Shown in pieces: positions 26,494 through 35,908 of a DNA stretch of 64,000 bases; within the stretch, counting starts at the first letter, position 1; each line of letters opens with the position of its first letter. Position numbers and translations under genes: made by a program. The notes below the pieces were generated by a model, which saw only the letters and a list, made by a program, of their open reading frames with translations, did not search any database and was not told the origin of the DNA. The stretch comes from Polyangiaceae bacterium (GTDB taxonomy: Bacteria > Myxococcota_A > Polyangia > Polyangiales > Polyangiaceae), in NCBI GenBank assembly GCA_965222375.1, contig CBDCTZ010000016.1:1760001-1824000 (forward strand), written 5' to 3'.

Positions 26494-26590
26494 TCTCCCG
26501 GGCGAGGCGACGTTTTGACGCGGGTGGCTGAACCGGCTCAGGCAAAAAGCTGAAATTGCGCATTCTTCGCGGCGGGCCTATGTTCTCCAG

Positions 26591-27016
26591 ATGCGATTCC
26601 TGCACTCCATGGTCCGCGTACGAGATCTCGACGCCACGCTTCACTTCTTCTGCGAAGTGCTGGGGCTAAAGGAACTGCGGCGTCACGAAAGTGAGGGCGG
26701 ACGATTCACGCTGGTATTTCTGTCGACGGGCGCGGCTGGCGACAGCGCGCAGATAGAACTGACCTACAACTGGGACCAGAAGGAGCCCTACTCGGGCGGT
26801 CGGAACTTCGGGCACTTGGCGTTCGAAGTGGATGACATCTACGCCATCTGCGAGAAGCTCCAGGCGGCGGGAGTCACGATTCTGAGGCCGCCGCGGGATG
26901 GCCGCATGGCGTTCGTGCGATCGCCCGACGAGATATCCGTTGAGCTGCTGCAGAGGGGGCCAGCGCTGCGGCCGGAGGATCCCTGGGCGACGATGCCGAG
27001 CCAGGGCGAATGGTGA
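26591..27016 (+). CDS. gloA: Lactoylglutathione lyase (glyoxalase I)
   Basis: [39 protein letters not shown]. Confidence 0.88.
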   Translation: MRFLHSMVRVRDLDATLHFFCEVLGLKELRRHESEGGRFTLVFLSTGAAGDSAQIELTYNWDQKEPYSGGRNFGHLAFEVDDIYAICEKLQAAGVTILRPPRDGRMAFVRSPDEISVELLQRGPALRPEDPWATMPSQGEW

Positions 27017-27019
27017 GGC

Positions 27020-27853
27020 CTATTCGTCGCGCCGAGCACTGACCCACCAAGCGCCCGCTCGAAAACGGACCTCGCCGCCGACTTGTCGCTCGTCTAGAGC
27101 GCTCTGGAGTGCTGAGTGTAATGCTTGCCGCTGAGTGTGGTCGGCTTCACGCAGGAATGCTGCCATGGGACCGACGCGGCTGAAGAATTCGCACGCTTCT
27201 TGAAGGGGAAAAGCCAGTTCGTGATCGAGGGCTTCGACGCCCACGTCGTCGAAGCCTGCGCCGATCAGCAGTTCGACTATGTCCGCGCCGCTTTGCATTC
27301 GAAAGGGCCCGGGTGCAGTGGGGTCGACGCTGGGCAGGTCGACGACGCTAGAGGCCGCAGTGGTGGGAACGGTGGCCCACTCGTTCTCCTGGCGGCCACG
27401 CCAACACAGAAAGCCCATGCGCCCGCCCAGGGTGAGAGACTGTCGAAGGTTGTCGAAGGCGGCGTGGGGATCTGCGAAGAACATTACGCCGAAGCGCGAG
27501 AAAACCAGATCAACGGGTTCCGTCGGACGGAAGGTCTCAGCATCCGCCTCGAGCAGCTCTACGTGTCGGTGTTCGGAAAGGGCGGTTTTGGCGGCATCCA
27601 ACATCACGCGGCAGATGTCGACGCCGACAACTTCGCCCTTGGAGCCTACGGCTTCGGCAAGGGCGGCCGTTGACGCTCCCGTCCCACAGCCGACGTCGAG
27701 AACGCGTTCTCCGGCTTTGGGCGCCAGTCGTTGCAAGGCGCCAGTCAAAAAGTGTTCACTCATCCGATCGAGACGAGCTTTCTCCTCCACCCAAACCGGA
27801 CCCGCGATGTTGTTCCAGAAGTCGGACTGCGCTGTGTTGGAAGTGCTCGTCAC
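27020..27853 (-). CDS. Class I SAM-dependent methyltransferase
   Basis: VLDVGCGTG, SRFGVMFFADP; probable GTG start at 27853. Confidence 0.88.
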   Translation of the reverse strand: MTSTSNTAQSDFWNNIAGPVWVEEKARLDRMSEHFLTGALQRLAPKAGERVLDVGCGTGASTAALAEAVGSKGEVVGVDICRVMLDAAKTALSEHRHVELLEADAETFRPTEPVDLVFSRFGVMFFADPHAAFDNLRQSLTLGGRMGFLCWRGRQENEWATVPTTAASSVVDLPSVDPTAPGPFRMQSGADIVELLIGAGFDDVGVEALDHELAFPLQEACEFFSRVGPMAAFLREADHTQRQALHSALQSALDERQVGGEVRFRAGAWWVSARRDE

Positions 27854-28097
27854 CAAAGCCACGCTAGCACTGACGTGTGGTTGCGGCACCCACATGCGGG
27901 TCAAGGCGCCGAGGGAATCGGTGCCGCCATCCCGACGCCCTGATCGTGGAGCTGGGCGGCGGCTGCCCCCTTTTTGACTTGACAGGGTGGCGGTCACGGC
28001 GCCAGGAGCATCCTCATGCACCATGGCGCTAAATTGGGGCGACGATGTCCGCTGTCCCATTCTAGTCGATCCCGCTTGGCAGCTGACTCAAAACGAC

Positions 28098-28320
28098 ATG
28101 ATCGTCGTTGTGGTTGCCGGCGGGCTGACGGGTACGACTGGCAACCTGGTTCCGACAAACAAAGCGGCGGTCTACGACGGCAATACGAAGACCTGGAGCG
28201 CGACGGGCGACATGAAGGCTGCTCGAGCGCACCACGCCTCTGCCCTCAAGCCCATCGCAGGAAAGGTGTACACCTCCGGCGGTTACGATCCTGTTGGAGA
28301 CACGTACCTAAACAGCTTGG
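28098..28320 (+). pseudogene. Kelch-repeat gene fragment
   Basis: VVVAGG...VYDGNTKTWSATGDMKAARAHHASA...KVYTSGG is only about 1.5 kelch blades, too short for a propeller. Confidence 0.6.
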
Positions 28321-28441
28321 CGGCCGCGGTGACGGTGGGCGCCTCTCAGGGCTGGTGGTGCTATTGTTTGCGGGTTGGTATCGGCGTCGCCGAAAAGCGG
28401 CTTGACAATCTCTTGTAGCCGGCGCAATCAGCCGGCCCCAA

Positions 28442-28515
28442 GCGCCCGTAGCTCAGCCGGATAGAGCGATGGATTTCTAATCCATTGGTCGCAGGTTCGA
28501 ATCCTGCCGGGCGTG
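28442..28515 (+). tRNA. tRNA-Arg(TCT)
   Basis: Acceptor GCGCCCG/CGGGCGT, D-arm GCTC...GAGC, anticodon stem ATGGA/TCCAT with loop TT-TCT-AA, T-loop GGTTCGAATCC; CCA not encoded. Confidence 0.96.
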
Positions 28516-28519
28516 CTGC

Positions 28520-28860
28520 TCAGTTCTGTGTGGCCTCAACCACAATCGCTTCCACCATGTCCGCAACCGCTGCGACGGGCGGAGCGCCGCCGAAGGTGCT
28601 CTGGCGATCTCCCGGAGCCGTCGCCACCTCGTAGCCCAGGGAGGGATGCGCGATGAAGAAGCCGTCCTCGCGCAACTGGGCTAGGTTTCGCTGCGCGGAT
28701 ACTGAGCGAAGCATGTCCTCGTTCATGGCGGGCACGAGCAGCACCGGTTTTCGCGCGCTGATGGCCAAGGCGGATACCACCGTCGAGCAATCCCCCGTGC
28801 CAATCCGCGATAGCGTCGTTGCTGTCGCGGGATAGACGACGCGCGTGAGGTCAGCAGAAG
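28520..28860 (-). pseudogene. 5'-truncated HFCD-family flavoprotein (CoaC/EpiD-like)
   Basis: VVYPATATTLSRIGTG and LVPAMNEDM are present, but the N-terminal FMN-binding half and a sensible start are missing. Confidence 0.7.
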
Positions 28861-28959
28861 CGCCACTGAATCGACGCACCGATCCATCGCTGGCGATCAG
28901 GCTCAGGCTGTCACTTCGCTCGAAGATCCGAACAAGCGCGGCGCGTCGTAGCTGCGCTT

Positions 28960-29210
28960 TCAACAGCAACCAGCGCCGATAAAAGCTGCCCCCGAAGTGC
29001 GCTCCGCTCCTCCGCAGTCGCCAGCATTGTCGGCGGTTCCCCCGTCCACATCCGTGTCGGCGTCCACAGCCGCGTCGGTGCTCGCGGTGGCGTCGGCACC
29101 CGCGTCGGCTGAGGCGTCCTGGGCCCACGCCACGCCCACGTGGACTCCAGTCAGTACGGTGAAAGCGATGGCGGGGGGAGATGCAGGCGAGCAATGCGTC
29201 GAAGGTTCAT
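28960..29210 (-). pseudogene. Frameshifted small secreted Asp/Ala-rich protein
   Basis: AGGAGG RBS and ATG at 29210; adding one C to the C6 tract yields MNLRRIARLHLPPAIAFTVLTGVHVGVAWAQDASADAG...GAGCC. Confidence 0.5.
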
Positions 29211-29322
29211 TCAGTGCCTCCTAGTAGAGCCTGCAGTTTGGAGCAACTGCTGTGCCATGCATGACGTCCGAGCACTCCCAACCGCCCTCTTGGCCGCCCA
29301 GGCCCGCCTGATACAGGGCGCT

Positions 29323-30855
29323 CTAGCGGCAGGCGCTCACGAAGAAGTGGTTGTTGTGATACTTCCAAACTGGCTTCGTGTAGCGGCCGCCGCCCTTGTA
29401 CTGCGCTTTGACTTCGCCTTGATTGACCCGGCAGAACGCATCGCCTTTCGACTTGGTCATGATGAAGGCCCACTTTTCCTTGCTCAGGGGAACGCCGAGG
29501 CCGTTTTTCTTGATCTTCCAAGCGGAGTTGATCGCCCTAGCCTTCAAGATCTCGGCTCCTTTGATCTTGCGGGTGGCGGCAGGTTTCAAGGAAGCCTCGA
29601 AGTAGCGCGCATCTTTTGGAAACGCGCTGCGTTTGGCGGCGACTTTCAGCGCGGACCTAAAGGCAGCCTGTTGGTTAGCCAGGGGTGTGAAGGTGCTGCG
29701 TTTCGCTCGGCCACTGAACTGGCGATAGTACTTGTCGTACTTCTCGAAGTAGCGATTCACCGTCTTTTCTGGGTTGGCAAGGCTGGAGTAGTTGTTCGGT
29801 GTGATGGCGCCGCTCTTTTTCAGGGCGCTAATGGCCTTCTTCTGCTTGCCAATTAGTTTCTTCACCTCGTCCTTGGCGTTCGCGTCTACAAACTTGAGCG
29901 CCAGCTTCTTGTAGTTCCGCGCAAGTCCGCAGGTTACCTTGGGGAATCGCCTCTCTCGATCAAACTTGGACTGAGGGATCGATTCGTACTTCCGAGACGC
30001 GCATTTCTTGGCAAAGTCCCTCGAGAACTTGCCGAGGTCGTCGACCTTCTGTCGCATCCACTCGTAGCGCCCCGTCTTGTACTTGCCCTTGGACGCAGCA
30101 TAGAGGAGATCGAGCAGGATGTTTTGATCGACGATTTGGTCATACTCGGTGCGGAGCGCTAGCTGATTGTAGACGGCCTTGTGGCGGTCTGCGGCCTTCT
30201 TGTTCGCCGCGTTGACCGCCTTCTTGAACTTGGCCAGCTCTGACTTCCAGGCAGCGATCGGGAACTTGGCGTCTTTCCCGAGGATCTTCACGAAGTACTT
30301 CGTCTCGAGTTTCCTGAAGTCGTCGGCCATGTCTCTTCTAAGCCGGTCGTCCTTCTGAAACTTTCTTGCAGCGATCTTCTTTCGCAGGCTCTTCATGAAC
30401 ATGCGCGCCATTCGGATCTCCATGGCTGCCGGGTGGGTCTTGACGTCCATGGTGTCCGCGCTGGAGGTTCCCTTGGCCGCGGGCTTCGAGGACGTGCCGC
30501 TGGCTTTCTCGGCAGTGTCGACCATGCGTTCGAACTTCGTAATTTCCGCAAGCTGTTTACTGATGTTCCAACGTGGGTCCTTCTTCGCTACCTCGGCAAA
30601 CCTTGCGCGCACGCTCGCAATGTTCTTCCTTGCACTCTTGCGCGTCAGCGCACTCTTCTTCCACGAATCCCGCGAGAAGCGGCGCCGAAGGTTCTTCAAG
30701 GCGTATTCAGCGTTGCTGATCTCCCGTTCCGCAGTGCTTTTCTTGGTGCTCGTGCTCGATTTGGCGTTTCTATCGGCCCCGCCGGGCGCGGCCGATAGCA
30801 GCGGCGCGGTTAGCGTGAGGCCAGCGATCAAGGTAACTACGTGATTCAGTTTCAT
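29323..30855 (-). CDS. Hypothetical secreted Lys-rich helical protein
   Basis: 510-aa ORF with signal peptide MKLNHVVTLIAGLTLTAPLLSA. Confidence 0.8.
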   Translation of the reverse strand: MKLNHVVTLIAGLTLTAPLLSAAPGGADRNAKSSTSTKKSTAEREISNAEYALKNLRRRFSRDSWKKSALTRKSARKNIASVRARFAEVAKKDPRWNISKQLAEITKFERMVDTAEKASGTSSKPAAKGTSSADTMDVKTHPAAMEIRMARMFMKSLRKKIAARKFQKDDRLRRDMADDFRKLETKYFVKILGKDAKFPIAAWKSELAKFKKAVNAANKKAADRHKAVYNQLALRTEYDQIVDQNILLDLLYAASKGKYKTGRYEWMRQKVDDLGKFSRDFAKKCASRKYESIPQSKFDRERRFPKVTCGLARNYKKLALKFVDANAKDEVKKLIGKQKKAISALKKSGAITPNNYSSLANPEKTVNRYFEKYDKYYRQFSGRAKRSTFTPLANQQAAFRSALKVAAKRSAFPKDARYFEASLKPAATRKIKGAEILKARAINSAWKIKKNGLGVPLSKEKWAFIMTKSKGDAFCRVNQGEVKAQYKGGGRYTKPVWKYHNNHFFVSACR

Positions 30856-31098
30856 GGCTCGTTTCTCCGAGTGGGTTCGCCGAAGCTAGCGACGCCGACG
30901 AGCTTCGGCACTCGATAGAATCGGACATTTCTCGTGCTCGCCTGCTATGCGTCCCGCTTCGATGAGCCAGCGTGGGATCGCTCAATGAGACCCCGCCGCT
31001 AGGGCTCCACCCCACGCACGAACAAGATCGTCATGCTGCTGATCTGCGTGCCCTTCTTCATCCCAGGGCGGGGGGTGCTTGCGGGCGGTGTGGGATGA

Positions 31099-31281
31099 GT
31101 GCTGTGGCGTAACCGTACGGGAATAGACGTCTCCGTGGCGGCGCTGAAGTACCACGTCTATAGGGCGCGCCGAGGTAGCGAGGGCCGGCAATCCCGACTG
31201 TTGCCGGTGCGAACCAGCGACAGTGGGCCGACGTTGCAGGTGGAGCTCGGCCAGGTCCGGTGCAGCGCCAATCGTGCGTAG
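31099..31281 (+). mobile_element. IS66-family TnpA (Orf1)-like remnant
   Basis: VSVAALKYHVYRARR...RLLPVR...LQVELGQVR resembles the HTH plus 'L(L/V)PV' architecture of IS66 Orf1; no tnpB/tnpC follow. Confidence 0.5.
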
Positions 31282-31314
31282 ACATCCGGCGAAGGTCGAT
31301 TGACTATCCGCTCC

Positions 31315-33906
31315 ATGCTGAGTTTGTCTGATTTCATCGCACTGTTGGGTGCTGGGGCGCTGTCGACGTTATGCGTAGCAGGGTGCGGACCGGGGACGAT
31401 TGGCGGTGCGGTGCGGCCCGATGAACCGACGCTGAGCAAGGGGCTGTGTGACAGTGTGGCCGATCAAGGGCAGCCCTTGGTCGTGGATTGGAAAGCCCAC
31501 GAGCGCGCTCTGGTGGAGGCCACGATGCGAGATGGTGTGGCCGTGGTGAAGTACAGCTGCGACGGACTCGAGGTGCTCAAAGACTGCAAGTTGAAGGGCG
31601 ACTACGGGTTCCTTGGTGTCAGCCGCAAGGAGGAGCTGGTGCAGCTCAGCGACGCCGACGAAATCCGCGCCAACCTGCCTGCCTTTGGTGTCGAGCTGGC
31701 GGGAGAGATCCAACGAGACTCGTCACTCAACGTGGGCATGGTCATGGTGGGCATGAAACGAACGACCGTCAGTGCCGCAAACAAGCAGCAGCTCGAAGGA
31801 AGCTGCGGCGGCGCTACGCATTTCGTACGCGGAGCGTTTACGGGTGCTTTCGTAATGACCAAAGGCACCCGCGGCCACGTGGCAACGGCGGCGACGGTGT
31901 TCGGAAAAGGCGCCTCTGCGTCGAGCACGTCGTCGAAGCGTTCCGAAAACCGCGACGGAGACGTGAAGGCCTGCGACGCGGTGAAGAATGGTTCCTCGGA
32001 GCCCAACCCCGAATGCGACGCGCTGCTTCGGCTCGAGCTGACTGCCCTCGGCGCCACTCCGGAGAAGATCGTCGGTACGGTCGACGTTTGCCCTGCTGGC
32101 TTGGTGCTCAGTGAGGGCAAGTGCACCAAGCCCACGGAAAAAGCTCCGTTTCAGTGCCGTGATGGTCAGAAGGACGAATGCGAAGCGCAGTGCAACAAGG
32201 ACCATGCGGGCAGCTGCGCCGCTCTGGGGTTCATGTACTTCGGCAATCACGGCGTGAAGGCAGATGCCGAGAAGGCCGTGGCCCTCTCGATGAAAGCTTG
32301 CACCGGGGGCAGCGCCCGGGGCTGCAACAACCTTGGCTTTTCCTACGACAAAGCGACCGTCTTGCCGCGGGATGAGAAGAAGGCCGAGGAACTCTTCAGC
32401 CGAGCTTGTGAGGGTGGTTTCCCGATGGGTTGCACGAACCTGGGCGTGCTGCTCGAGCGCACACTGCAGGACTACCCACGTGCCAACGACTTGTACACGC
32501 GCGGCTGCAACGGAGGAGAGGCGGCGGGCTGTCACTACCTCGCGGTGAATCTCGAGGCCGGCAAAGGCACACCAAAAGATGCACAACGCGCCAATGCTCT
32601 GTACCGCCGTGCCTGCGCCGGCAAGTGGGGGGACAGCTGCACGAACCTCGGCGTCAACCTGCTCCGGGGCGATGGCATCGACAAGGACGTGCAGGCCGCG
32701 GTTGAGCAATTGAAAAAGGGCTGCAATCAGGGCGCGGGTAGCGCGTGCCGCAACTTGGCCGCCGCCTACCACAAGGGCGTTGGAGTCTCGGCAGATCCGG
32801 CCAAAGCGATTTCGCTGTATGAGAAGGCTTGCGAGAAGAAGGACCGAGACAGCTGCGGCCGTCTAGTGACGGTGCATTGGATGGGAGTCGGCGTCCCCAA
32901 GAACATGGATCGAGGGGCCGAGCTTGCGAAGAAGGCCTGTGACGGCGGGGGAGCCGAAGGCTGCAAGCTCTTGGCGGTTGGGCACTTCTTGGGGTTGGGC
33001 TTGGCGAAAGACCCCAAGCAAGCCGCCGCTCCGCTGACCAAGGCGTGCGCAGCCGGGGATGGTCAGGCCTGCGCTGCCCTCGGCCTCATGCACCGCTTCG
33101 GTCGCGGCAAGGCGAAGAGCCCGCTGCAAGCCGCGGGCTTGTTCGAGCAGGCGTGCAACAAGCGCTACGACTACGGTTGTCACTTGCTCGGCATGCTCTA
33201 TACCCAGGGTGAAGGCGTTGCGGCGGATGCGACTCGTGGCGAGACGCTACGCAAGAAGGCGTGCAGCTTGGGCTATGGCCCGGGTTGCAGCAGCCCGCAA
33301 ACCGATGGTCTTGGCGGCAAGGACATCGACAAAGATGTCAAGCTGCGAGCCGAGGTCAAAAAGGTCTACGCTGCAGCGTCGGTGCCGCCGCAGAAAGAGG
33401 ACGAGATTACCAAGTTGCTCGAAGGGGCGCTCGGTAAGTCGACCGACAAGAAGACCAAGCCAGGCTCCACCGACTCCTTCCGCGGGTCGGCTCGCAAACA
33501 CACTCGGGCAGGAGCTACGGCGGACCGGCCCAGTCGAAACGACATCAAGCGCCCGCTCGTTCGTGCGCGGTTCGGCGCCATGGCCTGCTATCGGCAGTCG
33601 GCTCGCGACAATCCGGACATCAAGGGTGGCATGATGAAGTTGCGCATTCAGATCGCGCCGAACGGCCGCGCCAGATCCGTGACGGCAACGGCGGATCCGA
33701 TCGGGGATGAGGCTCTCTTGAAGTGTGTGCAGCGTCGGTTCAAGGCCGCGCGCTTTCCCAAGCTGGTGAAACCGTTGACGGTCGTCTACCCGATTCGGTT
33801 CAAGCCCCCGCCCAAACCTCTCAGTATCAGCACCCGCTGTGCGTGTTCTGGCAGCGAGTACAACGTGATCTGCGCTCTCGAGTGCCAAGAGATAGGCCGT
33901 CGCTAG
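31315..33906 (+). CDS. Sel1/Hcp-like repeat lipoprotein with C-terminal AgmX/PglI (TonB-C-like) domain
   Basis: VAGC lipobox; about ten 'KAC-x-GG-xx-GC-xNLG' repeats; C-terminal CYRQ...NPDIKGG...IAPNG...CV...F...RFP...VVYPIRF. Start uncertain. Confidence 0.8.
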   Translation: MLSLSDFIALLGAGALSTLCVAGCGPGTIGGAVRPDEPTLSKGLCDSVADQGQPLVVDWKAHERALVEATMRDGVAVVKYSCDGLEVLKDCKLKGDYGFLGVSRKEELVQLSDADEIRANLPAFGVELAGEIQRDSSLNVGMVMVGMKRTTVSAANKQQLEGSCGGATHFVRGAFTGAFVMTKGTRGHVATAATVFGKGASASSTSSKRSENRDGDVKACDAVKNGSSEPNPECDALLRLELTALGATPEKIVGTVDVCPAGLVLSEGKCTKPTEKAPFQCRDGQKDECEAQCNKDHAGSCAALGFMYFGNHGVKADAEKAVALSMKACTGGSARGCNNLGFSYDKATVLPRDEKKAEELFSRACEGGFPMGCTNLGVLLERTLQDYPRANDLYTRGCNGGEAAGCHYLAVNLEAGKGTPKDAQRANALYRRACAGKWGDSCTNLGVNLLRGDGIDKDVQAAVEQLKKGCNQGAGSACRNLAAAYHKGVGVSADPAKAISLYEKACEKKDRDSCGRLVTVHWMGVGVPKNMDRGAELAKKACDGGGAEGCKLLAVGHFLGLGLAKDPKQAAAPLTKACAAGDGQACAALGLMHRFGRGKAKSPLQAAGLFEQACNKRYDYGCHLLGMLYTQGEGVAADATRGETLRKKACSLGYGPGCSSPQTDGLGGKDIDKDVKLRAEVKKVYAAASVPPQKEDEITKLLEGALGKSTDKKTKPGSTDSFRGSARKHTRAGATADRPSRNDIKRPLVRARFGAMACYRQSARDNPDIKGGMMKLRIQIAPNGRARSVTATADPIGDEALLKCVQRRFKAARFPKLVKPLTVVYPIRFKPPPKPLSISTRCACSGSEYNVICALECQEIGRR

Positions 33907-34721
33907 TGAGCACTATCACCAACAAGGTCGTTGTCATCACGGGCGGGGCCTCCGGCATTGGAAAAGCCGTCGCGCGGGAACTCGGAGAAGCGGGCAACGC
34001 GCTGGTTCTTGCAGATGTGAACCAAGCCGAGCTTGATGCAACCGTCAGCGAATTCACACGAGCCGGACTCGGCGTCGAGTGCAAGATCGTGGATGTGCGG
34101 GATCCGGCAGCAGTGCAGTCCCTAGTCGACGGTGCAGTTTCCGAGCACGGGCGCATCGACTACATGTTCAACAACGCGGGGATCAACATTGCCGGTGAGC
34201 TGAGGGATACGAGCCTCGACGACTGGAACCGGCTCATCGACGTAAACCTCCGCGGGGTCGTTCATGGCGTCCACGCCGCTTATCCCGTCATGCGAGAGCA
34301 GGGTTTTGGGCACATCGTCAACACAGCGTCCCTTGCGGGCATCACGCCGGCGATGATGGAGGGCGCGTACGGTGCGACGAAACATGCCGTGGTTGGTTTG
34401 TCGACGGTGCTTCGCGCTGAAGCGGAGGCTTTCGGCGTGCAATGCAGCGTGATCTGCCCGGGAGTCATCGAAACACCCATGGTGCACTCTTCTGAGCTTC
34501 GCCGGTTTGAAATCAAGGATGCCCTCGAAGCGCTGCCTCAGAAACCGATGCCGGTCGACAAGTGCGCCAAGATCATCGTGCGCGGGGTCGAGAGGAACGA
34601 TGCCTTCATCTTGGTTACGGCAACGGCCCACGCGCTGTGGCGCCTGTATCGAGTCGCTCCGCAGACGTCGTTGGCCCTTGGCAAGCCTCTTTTGAAGAAG
34701 ATGCGTGCGGTGCGGACCTAG
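33906..34721 (+). CDS. SDR family oxidoreductase
   Basis: TGGASGIG, NNAG, YGATK; GTG overlaps the upstream stop. Confidence 0.93.
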   Translation: MSTITNKVVVITGGASGIGKAVARELGEAGNALVLADVNQAELDATVSEFTRAGLGVECKIVDVRDPAAVQSLVDGAVSEHGRIDYMFNNAGINIAGELRDTSLDDWNRLIDVNLRGVVHGVHAAYPVMREQGFGHIVNTASLAGITPAMMEGAYGATKHAVVGLSTVLRAEAEAFGVQCSVICPGVIETPMVHSSELRRFEIKDALEALPQKPMPVDKCAKIIVRGVERNDAFILVTATAHALWRLYRVAPQTSLALGKPLLKKMRAVRT

Positions 34722-34923
34722 CCCTCGGCCTTCGCGCCCGGCGCATGAGCCAAGGTCTCGACACGGGCGCCTGGCAACTCGAGGCCTACGTCGAGAGTGG
34801 TGGCCCAACGCCGCACCTGTGATGACGCGCTTCGTGATACCGGAAGGGGTGCGACCCCCCAAAACCAATCTGCTGAGCCCGGGCCAACGACTCGTCTTGA
34901 CCGGTGGATGCTAGGCTGCACGC

Positions 34924-35853
34924 ATGCGCGTGCTCTTCTTCGGCGCGGGGGCGTTCGGGACCCTATTCGCCACGAAGCTATGCGCTACGGGACACGACGT
35001 GTCGATTCTGGCTCGAGGCGCCCGCCTGGAATCGATCCGGCGCGATGGTCTCCGAATCCGAGAGCGCACGTCAGGCGAAGAGCTGACCGCGCACCCCACC
35101 GTTGTCACGGGGGTCGGCCACGAGAACTCCTACGATCTCGTGATCGTATTGGTTCGCCGCGCCCAGGTGGATGACGTGTTGCATCAGATAGCGCGCGACC
35201 ACACTGGCGACACACTCGTGATGGTGAACGAAGCGCGTGGCTACGAACCCTGGCGCCAGATCCTCGGAGATCGCTTCATGGTCGGATTCGGGGGCGCCGT
35301 GGCGTCCTTCGATGACGCGGGCGTGCTGCTCTACAAGCTCGCGCCGAAGGCCGTGCAGCCGACGGTCATTGGCGAACCCGACGGCACGATCACAGACCGT
35401 CTGACGCGTGTCGCGGAGGCAATCCGAAACGCGGGGTTTCCTGCCCAGGTCCGTCGAGACATGGAAGCATGGCAGCGCACTCATGCAGCGTGGATCGTAC
35501 CTTTCATGTTGGTGTCGGCGGCCGCGGCCAAACGCGGTGCGGTACGGATCGATGCGGACGCTGCGCGCACCTGGGTGCGGGCGACCCGGGAAAGCCTCAT
35601 AGCCGTCAAAGCCTCCGGGACACCCTTGGTGCCACTGCCGTTTCGCGCGCTGCTGGCGGTTCCGGGCTCCGTGACCACAGGTCTGTTGCGCGCCGCCCTG
35701 CACAGCAACGGCTTCCGCCGTCAAATAGAAGCGTCCGGCGCGCTTTCTGCACAGGAAGGTCTAACCCTCGCGGCGGATCTGGAAGCTGTCGCGGGCCGTC
35801 CGCTACCGAACCTCGCTGCGCTCGCGGCCGCGGTGACGGGCGCCGCTTCCTGA
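34924..35853 (+). CDS. Ketopantoate reductase (PanE/ApbA) family protein
   Basis: MRVLFFGAGAFG, GHDVSILARG, YDLVIVLVR. Confidence 0.8.
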   Translation: MRVLFFGAGAFGTLFATKLCATGHDVSILARGARLESIRRDGLRIRERTSGEELTAHPTVVTGVGHENSYDLVIVLVRRAQVDDVLHQIARDHTGDTLVMVNEARGYEPWRQILGDRFMVGFGGAVASFDDAGVLLYKLAPKAVQPTVIGEPDGTITDRLTRVAEAIRNAGFPAQVRRDMEAWQRTHAAWIVPFMLVSAAAAKRGAVRIDADAARTWVRATRESLIAVKASGTPLVPLPFRALLAVPGSVTTGLLRAALHSNGFRRQIEASGALSAQEGLTLAADLEAVAGRPLPNLAALAAAVTGAAS

Positions 35854-35908
35854 GAAGACGAATTGGCGGCTAGTTGCCCTGGTGGAGGATTGCGAGGACA
35901 CTGAGTCG

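Noticed and set aside
28402..28430. Sigma70 promoter for the tRNA
   Set aside because: TTGACA is present but there is no convincing -10 at proper spacing.
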